DNA of 64,000 nucleotides from an uncultured delta proteobacterium (lineage in GTDB: Bacteria; Desulfobacterota; Binatia; HRBIN30; BPIQ01), in the NCBI GenBank assembly GCA_963761335.1, contig CAVXGR010000011.1, positions 1-64,000 of the forward strand, given 5' to 3'. Within the stretch, counting starts at the first letter, position 1. The number at the start of each line of letters is the position of its first letter. A program made the position numbers and the translations under genes. Shown here piece by piece: positions 19,537 through 28,320 of this stretch. The notes beneath the pieces were generated by a model, which saw only the letters and a list, made by a program, of their open reading frames with translations, was not told the origin of the DNA and made no database searches.

Positions 19537-21138
19537 TCAGGCGGCGGAGTCGCTGGCGCGCTTCTCGCCGCCGGCAGCCGCAATGAGCTGAAACGGCAGA
19601 ATCTTCCCGGCGGCCGTCGCGATCGGCGGCTGCCGTCGCACGATGACCGTGCGCGCCTTCTGCCAGTAGCGTGCCTCCATGCGCGCGAATCCACCGTCGC
19701 GCGCCAGCTCTTCGAGGAAGGCCGAGCGAACGCGCTCGTCGTCGAGGTGGCCGACGCCGGGATCCACGTACAGGTACAGCCGCGAAGTGCCGTCTTCGTC
19801 CTCGGCCTCCACCGCTTGGTAGTCGGTGCTGCGCCCGCCGAAGCGACCGGGAAGAACCTGCTCGAGAACATGCAGCAGATCGATGTGGGCGAACGTCATG
19901 CCCTCGCTCACCAGCTTCTCGAAGCTGCGGATTTCCCTGATGTGCATCGGCAACCCCAGGTCGTCCAAGGGGCAGCCGCAGTGACGGACCTCCAGCTCTC
20001 CGGTGTCGCCGTTCTCCGTATTGAAGAAGATCTTCGGCGTCGACGGCAGCAGCGAGGTGAGCAGGAAGGCCGGCAGCGGTGGTCCGCCGCGGGCGACGGT
20101 GATCGGACGCGTCACCAGCGCGTGGCAGTCCTGATAGAAATGCACCTCGTCCGGAACGGCTGCTCGGGCGCAGCTGAAGCCGATGGCGCCGCTCTCGGTC
20201 ATGCCGTAGTGCACCACGGCGCGCGCGCCGCTGGCTTCGACGAGCTGCTTCTTGCTCGCCGTGAAGGGCTCTCCGGTGACGACGAAGCAGACGCCATCGA
20301 GGCGGCGCCCGGCAGCGGTTGCCGCCGCCGCCACCCGCGCCGCCGAGCTGGCGTAGGTCATCACGCACAGTCGCTGCCCCCGCGCCGCTCGCTCGGCGAG
20401 CCAGGCGGCGAGAGTCTCCGGCTGGCGCAGATCCAGGAAGCGGGGGCGTGGGATCGCGCTGCCGCAGATGTGTCCGAGCACCGACAGGTAGAGCGCGCCC
20501 GCGTGCACTTTGACGGGTAGGGGTCGCACCGGGTGGAACCACGCGACCGGGGGCCGCCCGAGCTTGGCGAGACGCAGGAGCTGAAAGATTCCGGAGAGCA
20601 GCCAGATCACCTGGTCGTCTGCGGCGAGCCCGTGACTGTCGAGTGCCACCAGGGTGTTTGCCGACAGATCGGCGCTGAACGACAGGGACATGCCCACCCG
20701 CGTCGCCGGGCCGCGCGTGCCGCCGCTGCGAATCACGAAATGAGCCGGGGCGAGCGGATTGTCGAAGTCGGCGTCGCTGAAGGCGAACGTCTGGCTGCCG
20801 CGCACCGCTGGCCGCCGCCCCTTGAACTCCTCCAGGGTCACGTACACACCCTCTCGCATCAAGCTCGCGAGCGTGGTTTCGACGCCATCGCGCGCCACCG
20901 ACTGCTCGACGTCGCCGAGCTCGCATCCGGCGTGACGCAGCAAACGGCGATAGGGGCTGTGGGGGACCGCATAGATCCCGCGCCTGACCAGGTCGAGGAA
21001 GCGCTCATTGCGATGCCGCAATCGCTCGCCGACGACGGCGCGCGCCCGGTCGAGCTCCATGGGTTGGCGCAGGAACGGCCGCAGGTCGCGCGTCAGGCGC
21101 GTGAGCATTCTGAAGTCGCTCCACCAGCTCCGCGTCAT
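19537..21138 (-). CDS. Phenylacetate-CoA-ligase-like adenylate-forming protein
   Basis: FDNP..RSGGTRG (P-loop-like), VTGEP, HYGMTE, ENGDTG, CGC, TAAGK. Confidence 0.7.
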   Translation of the reverse strand: MTRSWWSDFRMLTRLTRDLRPFLRQPMELDRARAVVGERLRHRNERFLDLVRRGIYAVPHSPYRRLLRHAGCELGDVEQSVARDGVETTLASLMREGVYVTLEEFKGRRPAVRGSQTFAFSDADFDNPLAPAHFVIRSGGTRGPATRVGMSLSFSADLSANTLVALDSHGLAADDQVIWLLSGIFQLLRLAKLGRPPVAWFHPVRPLPVKVHAGALYLSVLGHICGSAIPRPRFLDLRQPETLAAWLAERAARGQRLCVMTYASSAARVAAAATAAGRRLDGVCFVVTGEPFTASKKQLVEASGARAVVHYGMTESGAIGFSCARAAVPDEVHFYQDCHALVTRPITVARGGPPLPAFLLTSLLPSTPKIFFNTENGDTGELEVRHCGCPLDDLGLPMHIREIRSFEKLVSEGMTFAHIDLLHVLEQVLPGRFGGRSTDYQAVEAEDEDGTSRLYLYVDPGVGHLDDERVRSAFLEELARDGGFARMEARYWQKARTVIVRRQPPIATAAGKILPFQLIAAAGGEKRASDSAA

Positions 21139-21227
21139 AGCCCCGGGTGGACTACGCAAAAAAGACGGCCCGATCAAGAGGCGCGCCGCAGGCGGATCGG
21201 GCTCTGCATCGACGCCCTTCACCGTCT

Positions 21228-21767
21228 TCACGAACGGTCGCCGCTCCCCATCGGCGCCGATTCGCCGAGAAAGACGAGCGGGTCGACTGCCGTGCCGTCG
21301 AAGCGCACCTCGAAATGAAGATGATAACCCCGGCTGTGCCCGGTCGATCCCACCGTTCCCAGCTGCCGATCCGGCCCCACGCGATCGCTCTCGGTCACGT
21401 AGACGCTCTCGAGGTGCGCGTAGACGGTGGCGAGGACGGCGCTGTGGCGAATGACGACGACGTTGCCGTATGCGCCCAGGTCGCCAGCCAGAAGCACGGC
21501 GCCGTGGAGGGCGGGACAGACAGGTGTGCCGGCCGGAGCCGCGATGTCGATCCCCTCGTGCAGGCGCCCCCGGCGCATCTGGAAACGGCTGGTGATGCGG
21601 CCGCCGACCGGCCATTGCAGCCGCGGCATCGCCGCCAGCTCGAGATTCTCGTCGTCCGCCCGCGAGCCCTTGAGCAGCGACCACACCTCGGCACTCGCCT
21701 CCATGCTGGCGCCGGGATGAGAGAGCAGGAGCCAGCGCGCCCGCAGGCGAGCCGCGATCCTTCTCAT
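21228..21767 (-). CDS. M23-family metallopeptidase
   Basis: WPVGGRITSRF, HEGID (HxxxD), YGN, YAHL, GSTG.S.G.HLHFEVR, VDP. Confidence 0.85.
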   Translation of the reverse strand: MRRIAARLRARWLLLSHPGASMEASAEVWSLLKGSRADDENLELAAMPRLQWPVGGRITSRFQMRRGRLHEGIDIAAPAGTPVCPALHGAVLLAGDLGAYGNVVVIRHSAVLATVYAHLESVYVTESDRVGPDRQLGTVGSTGHSRGYHLHFEVRFDGTAVDPLVFLGESAPMGSGDRS

Positions 21768-21802
21768 CTGCGGGCCACCTGGCTCATCTGCGGGCCACCT
21801 GG
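21763..21802. repeat. Perfect 20-bp tandem duplication at the YdcF/M23 junction
   Basis: CTCATCTGCGGGCCACCTGG at 21763-21782 and 21783-21802. Confidence 0.9.
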
Positions 21803-22404
21803 GCACGACTGCGCCAAGCGCGAATCCGGTATGCCCACACGGCGACTGTCTCGCGACCGTACTGGCGCGCGTCCCAGAGGAACAGCCTGAGCCTCCCCAT
21901 ACCGCGACGGGGCGGGCGGCGCGCCGGGCACGGCAGCGCCTCGATCCCCTGGCGGTGCGACTCCTCGACGATGCGAAAGAGGTGGAAGGGAGAGCTGACC
22001 ACCAGAATCCGGCGCCAGCCGCCCTGGCCGATGGCACGGACGGAGGCGATGGTTGCCCGGGTGGTCACGCCGTTCTCGTCGAGAAACAGGGCGGACACCG
22101 GAACGCCGGACGCCGCCAGGAGATCCGCCATCACCTGCGGCTCGGAGACATTGCCACTGCTTCCGCCGGAGCACAGCACCACCGGAGCCAGCCCGAGCTC
22201 GTACAGCTGACCGCCGCGCAGCGCGCGCAGGCGCAAGGTCGCACTCGGCTCCGTTCCCCACACGGCGGCTCCGAAGATGACGATGGCATCGGCACGCTCG
22301 AGCCGCTCGGTCCGAGCGGCTCGCCTGATTCGCAGCAACGTCACAATTCCCACGCCCGACAGCATCAGCGCGAGGAAGGCCAGGTAACCCCAGAGTCGCC
22401 GCAC
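21784..22404 (-). CDS. YdcF/ElyC/SanA (DUF218) family protein
   Basis: N-terminal TM; ADAIVIFGA, CSGG, SEPQVM, ENGVTT, VSSPFHLFR, RETVA. Confidence 0.85.
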   Translation of the reverse strand: MRRLWGYLAFLALMLSGVGIVTLLRIRRAARTERLERADAIVIFGAAVWGTEPSATLRLRALRGGQLYELGLAPVVLCSGGSSGNVSEPQVMADLLAASGVPVSALFLDENGVTTRATIASVRAIGQGGWRRILVVSSPFHLFRIVEESHRQGIEALPCPARRPPRRGMGRLRLFLWDARQYGRETVAVWAYRIRAWRSRAQVARR

Positions 22405-22405
22405 A

Positions 22406-23896
22406 TCAGTGTCCGGCAGCCCCTTGGCCGCGCACGGCGCGGCGAAACTTGCCCTGCCCCGTCCGCGGTATCTCTTCGGTGAATTGAACTGACAGCGTCG
22501 TGCCGTCGCCGAGGGTCTGCGCTGCCCGAGCCGCAAAAGCCCGCCGCAGCTCCTCGCGGTCCGCCGATGCAAACGGCACGATGTGCCAGCGGAGCTTGCC
22601 CGGCTCGAGCTCTTCGATCTGCGCCTGCACCGTGCGCCGCAGCTCCGCCTTGAACAGCCCTTCGAGAAGCATCGAGGAGACCATCCGGCCATCGCCGAGG
22701 TGGATCGTCTCCGACCACCTCCCCTCCAGATGCGCGAGCAACGGCAGGGATCGGCCGCATGGGCACGGCTTCTCGGCCATGACGCCCCGGTCGCCGATGC
22801 GGTAGTTCAGCAGCACGGTGGCGCGGTTGATCAACGGCGAGATGACGATCTCGCCCGACTGGCCGGGAGGTAGCGCACTTCCGTCCTCACCAATGACGCG
22901 GGTGGCGCAAAGGTCGACGTTGAGGTGAAAGCCCTCGCCGCGCTCACACTGGAAGCCGACGCCGCCGGCCTCCGCCGTGCCGTAGACGGAGTAGAGCCGG
23001 CAACCCCTCTCCGCGGCGAGCTCCCGGGCCCGCTCGGAAATCATCTCGCCGATATAGATCCAGACCCTGGGCATCGGGACCTCGGCGCCCCGATCGGCCA
23101 CATAGCGCAGGAACTGCTCGGCGTACGAACCGAACGAGTAGGCGATGCGGGGCTTGATGGCGCGAATCTGCGCCGCGGCCACCGCGAACGGCGCCATGGG
23201 CGACAGGTGATGGTAGTGCAGCGGCCGCCGCGGGATCAGGGAGCGTTCGCCGCCGATGGCCCGCAGGGTGCGGCTGGAGAAGTCCGCCGGTAGAATCTGC
23301 AGTCGCTGGTGTTTCTCGCTGTCGAAGCCCAGGAGTCTCGCGATCATACGCGTTCGCGGGCTTGTCAGGCTCTCGCGCAGCATCGCACCGCCCCAGCTCT
23401 CGCCGGCGAGCCGCAGGACGACGCTGCGATCGCGCTCGCCGCGAGCGAAGCGACGCATCAGCGAGGCGTGATCCCAGCAGATGCGTTTGCGCACACCGCT
23501 CGTCGAGCCGCTGGTGTTGAAGACCTCTCGGCCCTGGTGCCGGTATCGGTCGGCGGTGAAGTCGTCCGGATTGGCGGCCAGCATCGCGCCATCGATCAGC
23601 GGCAGCCGTTCGAGGTCCCGCGCCTTGGTGAAGTCCCCGGGGGTAAGACCTCGCTCGCGAAGCACCCTGCGGTAGAAGGGCACCTCGGCATAGGCGTACT
23701 CGACCATCGCCCGCACACGATGCCGGGCCGTTCGCTCGATCCGCTCCGGCGGCAACCACGGCACTCGGCGCTCGAGCTGCGACGCCACGATCAGATAAAC
23801 GGTCTCGCCGACACGAGAGAGGGCACCCGATTTCCGGGACGGCGGCACCCGAGTGGCGGGCATACGGTGGGCGTATAGGCTGGGGGAAGAGCTCAT
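22406..23896 (-). CDS. Phenylacetate-CoA ligase family (CapK-like) adenylate-forming protein
   Basis: AYAEVPFYR, DLERLP, TSGSTSG, YGTAE, NYRIGD, CPCGR..GR, GKFR; alternative start at 23863. Confidence 0.8.
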   Translation of the reverse strand: MSSSPSLYAHRMPATRVPPSRKSGALSRVGETVYLIVASQLERRVPWLPPERIERTARHRVRAMVEYAYAEVPFYRRVLRERGLTPGDFTKARDLERLPLIDGAMLAANPDDFTADRYRHQGREVFNTSGSTSGVRKRICWDHASLMRRFARGERDRSVVLRLAGESWGGAMLRESLTSPRTRMIARLLGFDSEKHQRLQILPADFSSRTLRAIGGERSLIPRRPLHYHHLSPMAPFAVAAAQIRAIKPRIAYSFGSYAEQFLRYVADRGAEVPMPRVWIYIGEMISERARELAAERGCRLYSVYGTAEAGGVGFQCERGEGFHLNVDLCATRVIGEDGSALPPGQSGEIVISPLINRATVLLNYRIGDRGVMAEKPCPCGRSLPLLAHLEGRWSETIHLGDGRMVSSMLLEGLFKAELRRTVQAQIEELEPGKLRWHIVPFASADREELRRAFAARAAQTLGDGTTLSVQFTEEIPRTGQGKFRRAVRGQGAAGH

Positions 23897-23907
23897 GCAA
23901 GCGGTCT

Positions 23908-25842
23908 TCACCGCCACCCGCGCAGCCAGCGTGTTTGCCACCAGTGAGCGGTGACTGCGAGTGTGATCCACCGGGCATCCACAGGACGCCATGGGACGCC
24001 GGACTGACGTTTGACGCGAGCCATTTCCAAAAGAGCGCGGCCGTCCCACAGCTCGTTGCGGAGAAACTCGGGGTCGTTCAGCTGGCTCCACAGCCAATCG
24101 CCGAGGCCGCGATCGAGCCAGTGCGCCACCGGCGCGTTGTAGCCGAGCTTGTAGCGGCGCAACCGCACCGGCTCCGGCAGCACGCCGCGCATCGATTCTC
24201 GCAGCAGACGCTTGGCATATCCACCGCCCACCTTGCTCTCGTCGGCAACCGAGAAGCCGTAGCACACCACCCGCCAGTCGAGCAGCGGCATGCGTACCTC
24301 GACGCCATGACCCATCGAGTGCGCATCGAAGTTGCGGAGGACGCGCGGCAGCGTCTGGCGGTGGAAGCTGCGGTAGAGGACGCCGGTCAGCGGGCCGAGC
24401 GCGTCGATGGCGCGCTCCTCAGCGCGCATTGCCGCGTCCGTCGCCCCCGTCGGCTCGAAGGAGTGCCGCCGCAGCAGCTGGGCGACGAACCACTCGCGGC
24501 GCCGCAGCCGGGGAACACGCCGCGCCAGGGCGCGGACCCCCGGAACCGTGAGAGCGGCGAGCATCGCCCGGCTCGGTGGTCGCTCGGGCTGGCCGGCGCG
24601 GTGCATGTGGTGCAGCGTGTCCAGCAGACCCCGGACGCGGCCGGGTGCCGTCAGGACCCCGCGGCCCCGCAGCAGGGCGAGGACGAGGTGGAAGCCGTAT
24701 CCCCCCAGCAGCTCGTCGCCGCCGTGCCCGTCCATCGAGACGACGACGCCCGCACGCCGCATCTCGCGGTAGAGCGCCCACGCCGCAGCTCCGGCCAGGC
24801 CGCCGATCTCTTCGAACTGGTAGAGGTATGCGTCGACGTCGCCGGCGAAATCCTCCCCCGAGAGCGGACGCAGGACCGGAATGGCACCGGCCCGCTCGGC
24901 GGACAGCAGAGCATCGCCGGTCTCGTCCTGGGCAGTGCCGGGGAACCCGGCGATGAACGCCCGTCGCCACTCGGGAGGCCGTCGCTGCACGCCGCCGCGC
25001 TCCTGGACCGCGGCGAGCGAGCAGAGCACCGACGACGAATCGAGGCCGCCGCTCAGCGACGTCGCCATGGGGACGTCGCTGCGCAGGCGCAGGCGACAGG
25101 CGTCGAAGAGCAGCTCGCGAAATTCCTCCGCCTGCGCGGCGAGATCCGCCGGCACGGAGACGAGGTGGTCGAGCGTGTTCCACCACCGCCAGCGCCGTGC
25201 TCGCTCCGGGGTCACCTCGATACAGTGGCCCGGCGGCAGAGACTCCACGCCGCGCAGGAGGACGCCCTCACTGAAGTTGCCCGTGAGGCGTGCCGCGACG
25301 ACCTGGGGATCGGCAATCGCCTCGAAGCCGTCGAGATGTAGAAAAGCCTTCAGCTCGGATGCGAACGCGAGGCGGCGCGGGTCGGCGGCGACGTAGAGAG
25401 GCTTCACGCCGAAGCGATCGCGCGCCAGAAACAGGCTGCGGCGCCGGCGGTCCCAGATGGCGAGGCTCCACATGCCGTTGAAGCGCAGGAGACAATCCGC
25501 TCCCCAGCGCTCGAAGGCGGCGAGGATCACCTCGGTGTCACCGTCGCTGCGAAACCGCAGGCCGTCCCGCTCCAGCTCGGCACGCAGCTCGAGGAAGTTG
25601 TAGACCTCGCCGTTGTACGCGATGTCATACCGCCCGCTGGCGGAGCGCATTGGCTGCTCGGCGGCAACGCTCAGGTCGAGAATCGCCAGCCGCCGATGCG
25701 CGAGCCCCAGACGGCCGCCGTCCTCGATCAGCACGCCTTCCCCGTCGGGGCCGCGGTGCGCCAGGGCGCCGATGAACCTCCGGATGGTGGAGGCCTCCAC
25801 CATCTGACCGTCGAGCTGCCAGATCCCGGCGATGCCGCACAT
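23908..25842 (-). CDS. asnB: Asparagine synthase (glutamine-hydrolysing) family amidotransferase
   Basis: MCGIAG (N-terminal Cys), HRGPD, NGEVYN, RDRFGVKPL, SGGLDSS, DGHGGDE, EVRMPLLD. Confidence 0.92.
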   Translation of the reverse strand: MCGIAGIWQLDGQMVEASTIRRFIGALAHRGPDGEGVLIEDGGRLGLAHRRLAILDLSVAAEQPMRSASGRYDIAYNGEVYNFLELRAELERDGLRFRSDGDTEVILAAFERWGADCLLRFNGMWSLAIWDRRRRSLFLARDRFGVKPLYVAADPRRLAFASELKAFLHLDGFEAIADPQVVAARLTGNFSEGVLLRGVESLPPGHCIEVTPERARRWRWWNTLDHLVSVPADLAAQAEEFRELLFDACRLRLRSDVPMATSLSGGLDSSSVLCSLAAVQERGGVQRRPPEWRRAFIAGFPGTAQDETGDALLSAERAGAIPVLRPLSGEDFAGDVDAYLYQFEEIGGLAGAAAWALYREMRRAGVVVSMDGHGGDELLGGYGFHLVLALLRGRGVLTAPGRVRGLLDTLHHMHRAGQPERPPSRAMLAALTVPGVRALARRVPRLRRREWFVAQLLRRHSFEPTGATDAAMRAEERAIDALGPLTGVLYRSFHRQTLPRVLRNFDAHSMGHGVEVRMPLLDWRVVCYGFSVADESKVGGGYAKRLLRESMRGVLPEPVRLRRYKLGYNAPVAHWLDRGLGDWLWSQLNDPEFLRNELWDGRALLEMARVKRQSGVPWRPVDARWITLAVTAHWWQTRWLRGWR

Positions 25843-25846
25843 CGTT

Positions 25847-25933
25847 TCAGCACGACTCCGCGGCGAGGACACTGCGCCGGAAGGCCTCGAGCTCGTCGAC
25901 GGTGCGGCAGATGTCGACACGCGGGCGATTCAC
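25847..25933 (-). CDS. Small ORF directly upstream of asnB (MNRPRVDICRTVDELEAFRRSVLAAESC); peptide or gene stub
   Basis: GTG at 25933 is preceded by GGTGAGGAG; TGA lies 4 nt before the asnB ATG; the frame extends to ATG 25999 (50 aa). Confidence 0.4.
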   Translation of the reverse strand: MNRPRVDICRTVDELEAFRRSVLAAESC

Positions 25934-26052
25934 TTGCTCCTCACCTTCGCCACGAGCCGCGACTCGCGCTGCTGAAGCGACCGAGCCGCGTTTCGACATG
26001 TCGACTGATACCCTCGGCAGTTCTCTACCTCAAGAAGGACGAGCCCAGTGCG

Positions 26053-27837
26053 CTATTCGGGTAGGATCCCACCGCGAACCGCACGAACGCGGCTAGCGCT
26101 GGTCTTGTCCGATCGAATGATGTTGGCTTGCAGCCAGTTGCCGGACCAGGCGAGGGACTGAACCTGGGCCTGTGTCGTGGACGACCAGTAGAGCTGACTG
26201 GACATGCAGCTGCAGGTGAGCACCGTGCAGCCGGACAGACATCCGTCGTTGAAGGCCGGTGGCACCGCCGGCGGGCTGAGTTGGTACTCAGCGATGCTGA
26301 GCATTTCCTTGGCGTTGGGAAGGCGCCAGTCGTTGTATCCGGCGAATCCGCTGCCGCCCTCGGCGTTGATCTGCGCGAGCCAATCCCAGACGGTGTCCAC
26401 GCTGGTGCTCGACCAGGGATAGCGGTGCGCCTCGTCGTGGAGGCTGCCGTCCGCACTCTTCTTTTCCCAGACCAGCCCGGTGTTCAGGTCGGTGATTGTG
26501 CCGTTCCCATTGTCCGCGAAGTGCGCGGCGCGCCCGGCTTGCACACTCCCGTCGTCCGCGACCACCGCATTTGCGACTCCGTTCTTGTTGGCGGTGTATG
26601 ACACCTTCTGTCCGGTCGCCGGCAGGACCGGAGCGCTCAGTCCACCGCGTACCGCGCGGACGGTGGCGAGGCTTACCTTGCTCGCGGCGGAGACGGCGCC
26701 GTTGGTGTATTCCACCAGCCATCCCCCCTCTCCGCCGAGCGACGTTGTCGTGGAGCTCCAGTAGTTGTTGAACCCAGTGCAACTGCAGGTCGTGGGCGTG
26801 CAGCCGGCGGCGCAGCCTGTGTTGAAGACCGGGTCGGCGGCCATGAAGTGGCGACCGAAATCGACGATGCTGAGGAGCTCCTGGACATTGGGGACGCGCC
26901 AATCGCTGTATCCCGCGAACCCCGTACCGCCCTCGGCATTGATGTGATCGAGCCAATCCCAGATCGTGTCCGTGTTCGGGTCTTCCAGGTACAGATCCGA
27001 CCACATAAAGGCCAAGTCGCGATCATGTAGCCCGTCATCGTCGCCCTTTTTCTCCCACATCAACCCGGTGTTCAGGTCGGTGATGGTTCCGTCGCCGTTG
27101 TCCACGTAGCTCAGGCGGGCTCCGGATCGGATCGCCCCGTCATCCGGAACGGCGGAGTTGGGCGCGCCATATCGATCGGCAGCATAGGACGTCGTCTGTC
27201 CCGAGGCCGGGAACGCCGCGGTCGGAATCGCCGTGTTGGTTGGCGTCGACGTGACCGTGCCCGTTGCCGTCGGCGTGTGAGTTGGGCTGTTCGTCAACGT
27301 TGGGGTGGTCGTGGGTGGAATGGCGCAGGCGCCGCTGTCGCCTGCGCCGATGAGGCCGTCGCCATTGGTATCGGCGGCGTCAATGCAGGTGGTGAAGCCG
27401 CGGCAGACGACCTGCATGGGCCCCGTGCAGCGGGTGCTGGGTTTGATGCGGCAGCGGACCTTGCCTGCCACAGTTCGTCTGAGGCACGGGACCTTGTCTT
27501 TGATTGGCGGGACGCCGCAGGTCGAGAAGGAGTAGTAGCGTCTGACGGTCCCGGCGCACTGTGTGCGCAGAGTGCCGGCTCGAACCTGGGCGCTGATCAC
27601 ACCGTTGGCGCAGCTCACGAATGCCCGGTGGGTTTTGCCCGGGGTGCCATCGAAGCTGGCGCAGGCGCAGGCGCTGTCGACCTGTGCGCGAACGACGCCG
27701 ATCTGGGCAAGGTCGCCGGCAGCTGTCGGATCGGTGCCGCTCAGGCAGGTCAAGGTCCCCGCTCGAGCGGGTATTGCGCTGCAAAGCACCATAGCCCCCA
27801 AAACGAGTTGCCGCATGCCCAGCGTGCTCACAATCAT
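26053..27837 (-). CDS. Secreted protein with Cys-rich N-domain, PT linker and two DUF1566 (Lcl C-terminal-like) domains
   Basis: Two copies of DNGxGTITDLNTGLxWEKK..GFAGYxDWRxPN..EL..YWSSTT..VRAVRGG; EF-hand-like DTNGDGLIGAGD. Confidence 0.85.
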   Translation of the reverse strand: MIVSTLGMRQLVLGAMVLCSAIPARAGTLTCLSGTDPTAAGDLAQIGVVRAQVDSACACASFDGTPGKTHRAFVSCANGVISAQVRAGTLRTQCAGTVRRYYSFSTCGVPPIKDKVPCLRRTVAGKVRCRIKPSTRCTGPMQVVCRGFTTCIDAADTNGDGLIGAGDSGACAIPPTTTPTLTNSPTHTPTATGTVTSTPTNTAIPTAAFPASGQTTSYAADRYGAPNSAVPDDGAIRSGARLSYVDNGDGTITDLNTGLMWEKKGDDDGLHDRDLAFMWSDLYLEDPNTDTIWDWLDHINAEGGTGFAGYSDWRVPNVQELLSIVDFGRHFMAADPVFNTGCAAGCTPTTCSCTGFNNYWSSTTTSLGGEGGWLVEYTNGAVSAASKVSLATVRAVRGGLSAPVLPATGQKVSYTANKNGVANAVVADDGSVQAGRAAHFADNGNGTITDLNTGLVWEKKSADGSLHDEAHRYPWSSTSVDTVWDWLAQINAEGGSGFAGYNDWRLPNAKEMLSIAEYQLSPPAVPPAFNDGCLSGCTVLTCSCMSSQLYWSSTTQAQVQSLAWSGNWLQANIIRSDKTSASRVRAVRGGILPE

Positions 27838-27992
27838 ATTCCCCCCAAATGAGACTGCTTTCGTCGTGCGCCTTCGAACGTCTCAGCGCATTCCCCTCCT
27901 TGGAGCAAGGCGGGTGCCGTGCTCGACTGCTCGCGCTCGCACGCCTCTCCACATGCCTTCGGTACAAGAACGTCAACCTATAATCCACTGGT

Positions 27993-28320
27993 ATGGCGAT
28001 TCGGCGGCAGGTGTTTCTCCTCGCGGCAGTGATCCTCTTCTCGTGGGGCTGCGGTGATGGTTCGAGTCCCGCAGACGTGACGCTGATCACCTCGGGAGGG
28101 CAACGAGCGAACGCGTCTTTGGTGCGGCTCACCGGCTTCGACCAGCGCGGACAGCCCGCCTTTGTCAGCCCGGACGTGCCCGTCGCTCCGGAGGTGTCTT
28201 TCGGCATTCCCGAGGCCGTCGTGACCGTGGAGCTGGATCGACCTGAAGACCGGCGTGCACATCTTTTCATCGGATTCTGGCCGCCCGCCGCGGCAAATCA
28301 TGCAACCGTGTGGAGGGCTC
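27993..28320 (+). pseudogene. Truncated lipoprotein-like fragment
   Basis: Lipoprotein-like signal MAIRRQVFLLAAVILFSWGC; the frame runs into the convergent hydrolase gene with no recognisable C-terminus. Confidence 0.4.

Noticed and set aside
23908..25999. Lasso peptide cluster (asnB-like cyclase plus small ORF)
   Set aside because: AsnB retains a full glutaminase domain with N-terminal Cys, there is no B1/B2 (PqqD/transglutaminase) gene, and the peptide lacks a lasso leader/core pattern.
26053..27200. Possible DGR template/variable repeat pair between the two DUF1566 domains
   Set aside because: Differences are not adenine-specific, both copies are coding, and no reverse transcriptase is present.
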